Shown here in pieces: positions 45,341 through 54,800 of a stretch of DNA of 64,000 bases. This DNA is from a virus. The position numbers and the translations under genes were made by a program. Position 1 is the first letter of the stretch, and each line of letters begins with the position of its first letter. The notes under the pieces are model-generated. The model was not told the origin of the DNA. It was given only the letters and a program-made list of their open reading frames with translations, and did no database searches. The DNA is taken from IMG/VR virus record IMGVR_UViG_3300003322_000327, positions 38,121-102,120 of that record; one strand, given 5' to 3'.

Positions 45341-47713
45341 ATGGAAAACCCACACATGGACAAGACCGAAAACTCCGCTGCAGCCGTGATCGCTGACGCC
45401 GCCTCGAGTGCGGCCTCGGCGCCCAAGCCTGTGAGTAAGGATCGCGTGACCAAGCGCGACGGAAGCTTGCAAGAGAGGGACATCAACAAGATCCACGCGG
45501 TGATCGAGTGGGCAGTCAACGGCGACGAGAACATGCCCCCGATCAAGGGCGTGTCGGTCGCCGATATCGAGGCCAACGCAGAGCTGCAGTTCTTCGACAA
45601 GATGAAGACCAGCCAGATCCACGATGCGCTCATCGCATCGGCGCGCGACCTCATCTCCGAGGACAACCCGAACTACGACCACGTGGCAGCCCGCCTCGTC
45701 TGGTTCAAGGTCCGCAAGGAAGCGTTCGGACAGAACCATCCGCCGCACCTGAGCTACGTGATCGCCAAGAACATCCAGAAGAAGTTCTACGATCCGGCCA
45801 TCCTGGAGCTCTACAGCGAAGACGAGATCGACCAGCTGAACCGCATGATCGATCACCGGCGTGACGACCTGTTCCGCTACGCCGGCGCGGAGCAGATGCG
45901 ACTCAAGTACCTGTGCCAGAACCGCAAGACTCGCAAGCCGACCGAGAGCTTCCAGTTCCCCTATCTCATGGTCGCTGCCACGCTGTGCGCTCTGGAGCCG
46001 CGCGAGACTCGCATGAAGGCGGTCAAGGACTACTACGACGCGATCTCGACGCACAGCCTGTCAGAGCCGACTCCGGTCATGGCCGGTGTTCGTACCCTGA
46101 TCAAGCAGTTCAGCTCGTGCGTCGTCATCTCGGCCGGCGACAGCCTCGACTCAATCGAACGCGCGGGCACTGCGATCCTGAAGTATGCGAGCCGCAAGGC
46201 CGGCATCGGCATCGACGGTGGGCGCATCCGTGGCGTCGGCCAACCGATCCGTGGTGGCGAGGCCATCAGCACCGGCCAGATCCCGTTCATCAAGAAGTTC
46301 AACGGTGACCTGAAGTCCAGTGCCCAAGGCGGCGTCCGCGGCGCCAGTGCCACCTACAACTACATGTTCTGGCACATCGAGTGGGAATCCCTCATCGAGC
46401 TCAAGAACGAGAAGGGCACCGACGAGACCCGTGTCCGCACTCTGGACTACGTGCCGGCCTTCAACAAGCTGTTCTTCGATCGCTGGATCGCCGACCAGGA
46501 CATCACGCTCTTCAGTCCCGAGGAAGTGCCCGACCTCTACACCGCCTTCTACAGCCCGGACATCGACAAGTTTATCCGGCTGTACGAGAAGTACGAGGCC
46601 GACCCGAAGATCACGAAGCGCCGCATCGCCGCATCCGAGATGGCGCAGAAGTTCATCCTCGAGCGCTTCGAGACCGGTCGCGTCTACTGCATGTTCGCCG
46701 ACACGGTCAACACGCAGACGCCGTTCCTGGAGGCGGTGACCAGCACCAATCTGTGCGTCGAGATCTGCCTCGCAACCGTCCCGGTCAGCGCCGAAGATCA
46801 CAGCATCGGCCGCATCGCCCTCTGCACACTGGGCGCCATCAACCTGGGCAAGGTCGATCTCTCGACCCAGGAAGGCAAGGACGAACTGCGTCGTGTCTGC
46901 CGCATCGCAGTCAGGACCAAGGACAACCTCCTGTCGTACCAGGACTATCCGCTCGAAGAAGCCAGGCTCGCGGTCGAGGAGTACCGGCCGCTCGGCATCG
47001 GCGTCATCGGCTTCGCGCACTGGCTGGTCAAGAACAACCTACGCTGGGGCGAGGCCAATACGATCGCCAAGGTCAACGAGCTGTACGAGCACATCAGCTA
47101 CTACCTGATCGAAGCCTCGGTCGAGCTGGCCGAAGAGCGTGGTCCGTGCAAGAAGCGCACGAAGTACAGCGACGGCTGGTTCCCGTGGGAAGACTCGAAG
47201 ATCGTTCTTCCGAAGACCCTCGACTGGGAAGCGCTGCGCAAGCGCATGAAAGCTGCGGGTGGTACGCGCAATGCGACCCTCATGGCCGGCATGCCTTCGG
47301 AGACGAGCTCGCAGCTGGCGAACGAGACCAACGGGGCCGAGCCGCCGAAGAGCTTGGTGACGACGAAGGACTCGAAGGACGGATCTCTGCCACAAGTGGT
47401 CCCGGACTTCGCGAAGTACAACCACCTGTACGAGACGCAGTGGCAAGTCGATCCGATCGCGTACTTGAAGACACTGGCGCCGCAACAGCACTATTACGAT
47501 CAAGCGATCTCGATCAACAACAGCTTCGATCCGCAGCTGATGAAGCGGGACGAGAAGAGTGACAAGGTGCTGCTGTCGAACTTCGCACACATCTTCAATC
47601 TCATGTACAACCTGGGCTTCAAGACCGCGTACTACTCGAACGTGCGCAAGCCCGAGTCGATGGACGCCGAGACCGAGGACGACGGCTGCGAATCCGGCGC
47701 CTGCAAGATTTGA
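45341..47713 (+). CDS. nrdA: class Ia ribonucleotide reductase alpha subunit with ATP cone
   Basis: VTKRDG ATP cone, PTPVMAG, SSCVV, TNLCVEI, ALCTLG, MPSETSSQ, AYY, C-terminal CESGACKI. Confidence 0.97.
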   Translation: MENPHMDKTENSAAAVIADAASSAASAPKPVSKDRVTKRDGSLQERDINKIHAVIEWAVNGDENMPPIKGVSVADIEANAELQFFDKMKTSQIHDALIASARDLISEDNPNYDHVAARLVWFKVRKEAFGQNHPPHLSYVIAKNIQKKFYDPAILELYSEDEIDQLNRMIDHRRDDLFRYAGAEQMRLKYLCQNRKTRKPTESFQFPYLMVAATLCALEPRETRMKAVKDYYDAISTHSLSEPTPVMAGVRTLIKQFSSCVVISAGDSLDSIERAGTAILKYASRKAGIGIDGGRIRGVGQPIRGGEAISTGQIPFIKKFNGDLKSSAQGGVRGASATYNYMFWHIEWESLIELKNEKGTDETRVRTLDYVPAFNKLFFDRWIADQDITLFSPEEVPDLYTAFYSPDIDKFIRLYEKYEADPKITKRRIAASEMAQKFILERFETGRVYCMFADTVNTQTPFLEAVTSTNLCVEICLATVPVSAEDHSIGRIALCTLGAINLGKVDLSTQEGKDELRRVCRIAVRTKDNLLSYQDYPLEEARLAVEEYRPLGIGVIGFAHWLVKNNLRWGEANTIAKVNELYEHISYYLIEASVELAEERGPCKKRTKYSDGWFPWEDSKIVLPKTLDWEALRKRMKAAGGTRNATLMAGMPSETSSQLANETNGAEPPKSLVTTKDSKDGSLPQVVPDFAKYNHLYETQWQVDPIAYLKTLAPQQHYYDQAISINNSFDPQLMKRDEKSDKVLLSNFAHIFNLMYNLGFKTAYYSNVRKPESMDAETEDDGCESGACKI

Positions 47714-47723
47714 AGGAACAACG

Positions 47724-48791
47724 ATGCAACCTCTTCACACTACCCCAACGCGACTCTTCTTCGACCCGGCCGGCAAGTCGATCGCGCGCTATGACAAGCC
47801 GCTGTTCCCGATCTTCGACAAGCTGAACAAGCGTATGCGGAGCTTCAACTGGGAGCCCGAAGTCGTGCCCATGGCCGGCGAGCGTCGATCGTTCAACGCC
47901 ATGACCGATGCAGAGCAGTTCATCTTCACGTCTGGCCTTCAGCGTGCGATCATGCTGGACACGAAGCAGGGCGAGGAGCCGGTGCAGGTCTTCGGCGCCC
48001 ATTGCACGGACCCGAGCCTGAGCAACTGCATCACGACCTGGCAGCTGTTCGAGGGCATCCACAGCGAGTCCTACACGCACATCCTGCAGAACGTGTACCC
48101 GGACGGCGGCCAGGCCGTGGTCGATCAGATCCCGAGCATCCGTGCCATCACGGAATGCGCGGAAGCGATCTCCGACGCCTACGATCGCATGAAGGCGAAC
48201 CCGACGAAGGAGAACCTGTACCTGGCGCTGATCGAAGCCAACGCGCTGGAGGCCCTGCGTTTCTTCAACTTCTTCGCCACGGTCTTCAACTTCAAGAAGC
48301 GCATGCTGGTGCCGGGCTCGGGTGACGTCGTGAAGCTGATCGCTCGTGACGAGAACATCCACCTGAGCCTGGTGATGCACATCCTCAGGTGCCTGCCTCG
48401 CAACGATCCGGAGTTCGTCGAGATCATCGGCGACAACCGCGAGCGCGCGCTGCAGATCTACCGCAAAGCCAGCGAGCAAGAGAAGCAGTGGGCTGCCTAC
48501 CTGTTCTCGCAAGGTCCGATCATGGGCCTGAACGAAGGCATCCTCTGCGAGCACATCGACTACCGCGAGATCAAGGCCACGAATGGCGCCGGTCTGACGA
48601 CCAAGAAGCTGCCGAAGCTGAACATCAGCTACATGGCCGAGTACGTGGACAACAGCGACAAGGTGCAGGGTGCTCCGCAGGAAGACGGCGCGCTCGAGTA
48701 CCTGAGCGCGGCTTCTCTGTTCAACGACATGAGCACGTGGAAGCCGAAGCTGACCGGCAAGCTGTCGCTCGAAGACCTGGTGGCAGCATGA
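47724..48791 (+). CDS. nrdB: class Ia ribonucleotide reductase beta subunit
   Basis: MLDTKQG, EGIHSESY (radical Tyr), LEALRFF, RDENIH. Confidence 0.95.
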   Translation: MQPLHTTPTRLFFDPAGKSIARYDKPLFPIFDKLNKRMRSFNWEPEVVPMAGERRSFNAMTDAEQFIFTSGLQRAIMLDTKQGEEPVQVFGAHCTDPSLSNCITTWQLFEGIHSESYTHILQNVYPDGGQAVVDQIPSIRAITECAEAISDAYDRMKANPTKENLYLALIEANALEALRFFNFFATVFNFKKRMLVPGSGDVVKLIARDENIHLSLVMHILRCLPRNDPEFVEIIGDNRERALQIYRKASEQEKQWAAYLFSQGPIMGLNEGILCEHIDYREIKATNGAGLTTKKLPKLNISYMAEYVDNSDKVQGAPQEDGALEYLSAASLFNDMSTWKPKLTGKLSLEDLVAA

Positions 48792-49081
48792 ACGCGCCAT
48801 GGATGCCCGATGATTCGAAGCGGCGCATCGTCTGTGCCGCTGTGAAGTTCAAGGACGGCCTGATCGTGGGCCCCAGGCACTACGACGATGTCATGCGCGC
48901 TCAGTACCACGCGTTCGGCTTCACCGCAACCGAGGACGATGGAGTACAGGGTTTCATCGATCAGTTCGGTACCTTTCACGATCGCAAGGCCGCGTTCGTG
49001 ATCGCTCAGCGCCAGGATCAGATCCGTCATAAAAGCGGACACCCTGACTCGAAGGAACTTTTCTCAGAGGACCTCTACTAG
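48788..49081 (+). CDS. conserved-type small phage protein
   Basis: RIVCAA...GPRH...QGFIDQFG.F.DR..A...ELFSEDLY pattern. Confidence 0.65.
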   Translation: MNAPWMPDDSKRRIVCAAVKFKDGLIVGPRHYDDVMRAQYHAFGFTATEDDGVQGFIDQFGTFHDRKAAFVIAQRQDQIRHKSGHPDSKELFSEDLY

Positions 49082-49098
49082 AGGCGAAGGAGTTCAAG

Positions 49099-49446
49099 AT
49101 GACCGACGATACCCAACCCGAAGCTTCGTCCGTGACGACGCGCACGGTGTCGAAGACCGAGACCGTGGTCGAGCCACCCCACCACGTGAGTCTCGCCCTG
49201 GCAACCATGACCGCGCTGTGGGACTGGTTCGACAAGCGCGATGTCGAGAAGCACCTGGTGGCATTCCTGACACTGGTCGTCAGCTACCAGGTGATCTGCT
49301 GGTCGATGGGCTACGCCGATCGCAACCACGAGCGCACGGGCACCGACATCAGTCTGGTGCTGGCTGCCATCAACGTTCCGATCACTGCCTTCCAGGCCGC
49401 GATCGTCAAGTGGTACTTCTCGGCACGGACCGGCACCTCGGAGTGA
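49099..49446 (+). CDS. two-TM membrane protein (holin-like candidate)
   Basis: hydrophobic segments LVAFLTLVVSYQVICW and ISLVLAAINVPITAFQAAIV. Confidence 0.55.
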   Translation: MTDDTQPEASSVTTRTVSKTETVVEPPHHVSLALATMTALWDWFDKRDVEKHLVAFLTLVVSYQVICWSMGYADRNHERTGTDISLVLAAINVPITAFQAAIVKWYFSARTGTSE

Positions 49447-49450
49447 GATC

Positions 49451-49789
49451 ATGAAGTTCAGAATTGCAGAAAGTCGTGAAGAGCTCGTGGCTGCAGTCGG
49501 AGGTGCTGACGTGCTGAACAGCATCAAGACCAGCAATCGGTACAGCGCCGAGCGCGGTCATTCGATCACAGTCAAGGGCAAGCAGGTGCTGTTCGATCCG
49601 AAGCCCGAGATTCCGGATCGGCAGCCGCTGCTGGTGTGGAATGCAGATCGCGGGCCAGTCTTGCTATGTGCCGACGAGTACGACACGCTGACTCGCATCA
49701 CGCCGCTCGAAGCCCTGCTTTACCGAGCTGGTCATCTCTCCCTGGACCAGTTGAACAAGCAGTACAACTGCAGCGACTGTCAGGGTTGA
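49451..49789 (+). CDS. hypothetical phage protein
   Basis: 112-aa ORF. Confidence 0.65.
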   Translation: MKFRIAESREELVAAVGGADVLNSIKTSNRYSAERGHSITVKGKQVLFDPKPEIPDRQPLLVWNADRGPVLLCADEYDTLTRITPLEALLYRAGHLSLDQLNKQYNCSDCQG

Positions 49790-49802
49790 ACAGGTCAATT
49801 TT

Positions 49803-50102
49803 ATGGCTACGCGACGCCCCACCTTCACTCGCCGCCGTGCCAACGGCACTGCCCGCATCAAGCGCGACTCATACTCGAACTCGACGACAAGCTGGTGGGA
49901 CATTCGCAAGGAAGTCTTCGAGCGTGACGACAAGAAGTGTCAGTCTCGAATCGGTGGTCGTCCTTGCCTCAAGCCCGGAGTCGATGTGCATCACATCATT
50001 CCGTTGTCGAGAGGCGGTACGACCACCAAAGGTAACCTCATCACGGTGTGCGAAGCCTGCCATCAAGCACGGCATCGTCACCAGCTGAAAGGACGACCAT
50101 GA
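49803..50102 (+). CDS. HNH endonuclease
   Basis: C..C...DVHHIIPLSRGG....NLITVCEACHQARH. Confidence 0.9.
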   Translation: MATRRPTFTRRRANGTARIKRDSYSNSTTSWWDIRKEVFERDDKKCQSRIGGRPCLKPGVDVHHIIPLSRGGTTTKGNLITVCEACHQARHRHQLKGRP

Positions 50103-50206
50103 AACTCCAAGCCAAGACCAGGCTCCAGGCCACCATCGGGCACATCGACAAGATGGCCAACTTCGCCGAGCAAGCCAAGGGCTGGAATCACAAGGGCACG
50201 AAATGA
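50099..50206 (+). CDS. 35-aa micro-ORF MKLQAKTRLQATIGHIDKMANFAEQAKGWNHKGTK (absent from the ORF track)
   Basis: ATGA overlaps at both ends; begins with the repeated tag. Confidence 0.65.
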   Translation: MKLQAKTRLQATIGHIDKMANFAEQAKGWNHKGTK

Positions 50207-50817
50207 ATCTCCAAGCGAAGCAACGCCTGCTGGCGTCCTCAACCATCGACCCGGATGCGCAACCGCGTCAGGCCGACAACGCACTGCCGGTTTCCGTCGG
50301 CGCCGGAGTCGATGACGATTCGAAGACCGTGATCGAAACCGAACTCGGTGACGCGCGTCGAGGTCTCGAACGTGCCAAGGCTCAGGGCCACACCGACTCG
50401 GTGACCGCCTACGAGAACCTGATCACCGAACTCGAGAAGGCGAACAGTCCGGTCATCGCCAATGACACGTCAGACATGGGCTCGCTGCCGATGTCGAATC
50501 CCGCGGATTCGCCGCTCGGTGATCCCGACACGGATGCCGAGCGTGTGGACAACATGATCGTTGGCGAAGAGCAGCCGTGTCTGATCCAGCCGGAGCCGGG
50601 ACCCGAAGATGTGCTCAAGCTCGACACGACGGCCAGCACCGAAGACCCGATCTCCGATGGCGCCGCCTACGACATGCTGATCGACGGCGAGTCGGAAGAG
50701 GAAGCCGGTGAGCCCGTGGTGCAGGAGGTGACGAACAACGACGGTTCGATCGAACCCGATCCGACGCAGCCACTGCTGATCGACGACGTTTCCGCCGGCC
50801 CACCCGTCATCAAGTAG
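50203..50817 (+). CDS. acidic hypothetical protein with N-terminal NLQAKQRLLAS tag (internal head protein-like)
   Basis: 204 aa, D/E/P-rich. Confidence 0.75.
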   Translation: MNLQAKQRLLASSTIDPDAQPRQADNALPVSVGAGVDDDSKTVIETELGDARRGLERAKAQGHTDSVTAYENLITELEKANSPVIANDTSDMGSLPMSNPADSPLGDPDTDAERVDNMIVGEEQPCLIQPEPGPEDVLKLDTTASTEDPISDGAAYDMLIDGESEEEAGEPVVQEVTNNDGSIEPDPTQPLLIDDVSAGPPVIK

Positions 50818-50844
50818 AACAGTAAAGAACGGTTGGAGGTAGCG

Positions 50845-51531
50845 ATGGGTCCGTATCCAAAGGCACTCCAGCACCCACCGGGTCCGCTGGACTTCCCACA
50901 CAACTTCAATCCGCACGCGGTCGGCATCTGGTTCCAGTCAGTTCGGAACCTGCCGGCCGATCCGAGGTCCGCATGGGTTGCAGCTCTCAGGCTCTACAAG
51001 GCCGGCTGCAAGTCGGCGGGCCTTTCGCCGTTTGCGGAGTCGAAGCAGGATACGAACATCGCGATTCGCAACTACCTCTGGCACCAGAGGCGGCACCTGG
51101 TCCGATTCATGAACGTGACCCGTTTCATGGTAGGAATCAAGCCGATCCGAAACCTGGTGCGTGAGGCTCGACTCGAGACCTACGGCTTCAGCATCGTCAT
51201 CAAGGCGCCGGTTGAGATTCCGGACCCGACCTGGGTGCAGACGCTGTTCAGGCTCGGAGCCGGCTACAGATTCAATCACCAGCGCGATCAGTTGCGCAGG
51301 TACGTGCTGGAGCTCGACCCTGGGCTCATCGTCTTCGTCTACAACCAGGGTACGGTGCAAGCCAGGCGCTGGTTCATCGGCTACGAGGTTAAGGTCCCGC
51401 TGCTTCCGCTCTACCCAGCGGACTCGAACATGGACCTCAGAGCCAAAGAACAGTTCATCCTCGATCAGCTGTGGCGTCCATTGCAGAACAGCTATCGAGC
51501 CCTGAATCAAGACCGAGGACGACACCTATGA
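50845..51531 (+). CDS. hypothetical phage protein
   Basis: ATG 50845 with GGAGGT SD. Confidence 0.7.
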   Translation: MGPYPKALQHPPGPLDFPHNFNPHAVGIWFQSVRNLPADPRSAWVAALRLYKAGCKSAGLSPFAESKQDTNIAIRNYLWHQRRHLVRFMNVTRFMVGIKPIRNLVREARLETYGFSIVIKAPVEIPDPTWVQTLFRLGAGYRFNHQRDQLRRYVLELDPGLIVFVYNQGTVQARRWFIGYEVKVPLLPLYPADSNMDLRAKEQFILDQLWRPLQNSYRALNQDRGRHL

Positions 51532-51860
51532 GTACCGAAGTCGGTTTCGAGTACAGCTATAACGGACGTCAGGGCTTCGTCCGAGCCACGAGTTTCAGGC
51601 AAGCCCTCGACCACGCCAAGGTCAACTACCTGGTGCAGATTGGCTATGGCCCTCGGCACCCCAAGTTCAGGCTCAAGAAGTCGGAGTTGAGTGACGCACC
51701 GTTCAAACTCAAGTTCTCCGATCTCTCGTTCCAGCGCTACAAGGAACTCTACCTAGGGTTCCGCGAAGATCAACTGAGCGAAAGCGGCAAGGCAACGCTG
51801 TCGGACTTTCAGACCATCATCAAAGACAAGGAAAAGTTCAATGAGCTCCATCACCTCTGA
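51528..51860 (+). CDS. hypothetical phage protein
   Basis: ATG 51528 with GAGGA SD. Confidence 0.6.
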   Translation: MSTEVGFEYSYNGRQGFVRATSFRQALDHAKVNYLVQIGYGPRHPKFRLKKSELSDAPFKLKFSDLSFQRYKELYLGFREDQLSESGKATLSDFQTIIKDKEKFNELHHL

Positions 51861-54800
51861 AGCCGCGGCACCGCTGATGAAGCTGCCGCCCAACCCACTG
51901 CGCGCAGCAGTCCTCAAGCGTCCTCGCACGAACCTGGTGCCGAATCAGGACTACGCGCTGACCAAGGACCAGATGCAGTCGGGCTTCATGGCCGTCTTCA
52001 ACTGGGCCTACTCCGGCGACCCGCGCAAGACCATGCTGAAGCTGGCGTTCAGCCCGCTGATGAACATGGCTTCGCTCTCGACTGGCAAGATGCCGGCCGC
52101 GAAGACGCCGGAGCAACGCAAGGAGCGCAAGAACCTCAACCAGTCGATCGCCGAGTGGGAGAAGAAGCGCCAGGACTTCAACCTCGCGCAGTACACGACC
52201 CTCAAGAAGGTCAACGCTGGCAACGAGAGCCACTTCTTGCTCGGTCTTCCGATCGTCAAGGTGTCGAGCCCTGACTCGGCCAACGCCGTGCTGATGATGT
52301 TCGGCGCCGAACCGCTGACCGACGAAGCGCGTGAGACCTTCAACGCGCCTCGTGACAAGCAGGTCACCGAAGACGGCACGCAAGCCGGTCCTCAAGTCGT
52401 GGCTTACGCGGCCTCTAAGTGCCTGGCCAAGGCTGGCCTCAACGGTGACACGACGGTCATGTTCGCCAAGTGCCTGCAAGCCGTTCGGTACTACTACACC
52501 GAGCACGATGTCGTCATCTTCCTCGAGTTCAAGATCCTGCCGCACGAAGCGCAGTATCTGGTCTCGGAAGACTGGGCGCAGATTCGTCCGGTCGACCTGT
52601 ACCCGCTGTTCACGATGTGGGTCGAGGCCGAGTACGTGTCGAAGAAGTACGGCAAGAGCGCGACCTCGATGTCGAAGATCGCGCAGACGCTGCCGAAGCA
52701 CCTGCCCGGCGACGAGCGTGTTGATCAGTTCAACATCTCGATCAACATGAAGGGTGAGCCACTCTGGATTCCGAAGGAGTGCGACAACACCGTCAAGTAC
52801 GAGACCATGTTCTCTGACGCAGGTCAGCAGGGCTCGGGCGAGTTCGCCCTTCGAAAGCCCGGCGCCTACAAGCAGCTGCAGCTGCCGGTCAACATTCCGA
52901 TCCTGACCGACTGGGTGAACAACAAGTTCACGTACTCGAATGCGACGGGCAAGCCGCAGGTGATTGACCTCGCTCACTTCCGCAAGTGCAACGCCGCGAT
53001 GGCGATGAACTTGATGAAGAAGTCGATGAAGAACAAGTACTTCACGACACTGCAGTACTACGGCGAAGCGGCTGGCCTGTCCGTCGTCGCCAAGGACTAC
53101 GGTGCCGACACGAGTCACTGGCCGAACGCCAGCGACGACATGTCGATCGAGGACTATGCCAACTTCGCCCTCGCGCAGTTCTTCCAGCTCACCAACTCGG
53201 GCGCTCTCACGTTCTACGAACTGATGGACTCGCTGGCTCAGGCCAACCTGGATCGCGGCGACAAGGGTGCGCTCGATCCCAACGATCCGGCAATGCTGCT
53301 GGCCCCGCTGGCGCGCTTCGTCGTCGCTCTCGGCCCGGCCATGATCCGCAACATCGACTCCATGTACAGCAAGTATGCGGTGATTACGATGACGGAAGCG
53401 CTAGGCATGATCCAGCTGCTGGCCAGCTACGGGTCCGATCTCACTGGCACGCAGATCGCGGCTGACACGATCAACAAGCCGGCCATCAACCAGGGCATCG
53501 ACAAGAACTGGCAACCGGGCGCCATGCCGCTCGTCACCAAGAAGTTCAGCGAGCCTGACCAAGGTCTGCTGCCCCACCAGTACAAGGTGCGGAACATGCT
53601 GCGTCATCGTCCCGACCTGGCGGCTCTGCCGGTTGATGCTGGCGGTGGCAAGTCGATGCTGGCCATCACGGACGTGCTCGAAGAGATCAAGCATGGCGAG
53701 TCGGAGCCGTACCTCATCATGTGCCCGTCGCACCTGGTGGCGAACTACGTGTCCGAGATCGTCGAGTTCACTGACGGCAAGGTCAACGTGATCCCGGTTA
53801 CGAGCTACAACATCCGTACCACGGGTATCGCTCGCTTCACCGAGATCCTGGAGGCGGCGCCGATCAACACCATCCTGATCGTCGACTACGACGCTCTCAA
53901 GTTCCGGTCTCGCGCCACGGTTTATGGCACGACGACCATCACCGTGTACCCTGTCATCGAGCTGATCCGTCAGTTCCAGCCAGGCTACGTGTTCATGGAC
54001 GAGTCGCACTTCCTGCGCAACGTCAACTCGGCGCGCATGAAGTCGGTGATGACCCTGGTCGCCGACATCAAGAAGAAGCGCCTGGCTTCCGGCACCATGA
54101 ACCCCGACTCTCCGTCCGACCTGCCCGGTCAGATGGCGATCCTGGACCCGACGGTGTTCGGCACCCGTTCCGAGTTCAACGAGCAGTACGGTGAAGTCGT
54201 CAAGGGTCAGCGCGTCATCAGCTGGAAGCGCCACGGGCCGAACGCCGTCTCCACGGTGCTGACGAAGCTGCGTGGTTCCGTCGTCTGGGCCGGCGCCAAG
54301 CGCAAGGAATGGGCTTGCGCCCTGCCCGAGCGTCATGACCACTTCATCAAGGTCAACCTGACTCCACGTCAGAAGGAGATGTACGACGCGATCTTCGACG
54401 ACATGGTGGCGTCGATCCGCAAGGCTGCCGAGTCGGACAAGAATGCCAAGGCTCTGTTGGAGAAGCTGACGGGCAAGAAGGCAAGTGCCGAAGACGAAGA
54501 GAAGTTCGGCGACCTCGGTGACGTTCAGCCCGAGGACGAGGAAGACGATTCGGAAGATGACGTCGATGACGTGGGACCGGCTCTCCAGCCGTACCTGGCC
54601 GATATCGAGCGTTTCGTCACCAACCCAGGCTTCCACCCGTACGCTCGCAACGGCTTCATCAACGCTGAAGGCCAGAAGATCCCGCCGCTGACCGGCGACG
54701 ACCTGAAGAGCCCGAAGGCGATCGCCCTCGAGTATCGACTGCGTGAGTACCTGAACACGCATGAGTCGAAGGCCATCATCTTCACGAACTACAACGAGTC

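Noticed and set aside
49803-50102. HNH as a mobile homing endonuclease or terminase partner
   Set aside because: It is a short stand-alone HNH without an intron or a visible terminase neighbour; the role cannot be supported either way.
35109-50116. ATGAAACTCCAAGCCAAG repeats as a DNA-level mobile or regulatory repeat
   Set aside because: Only three copies are identical; the others differ synonymously, so it is better explained as a peptide motif.
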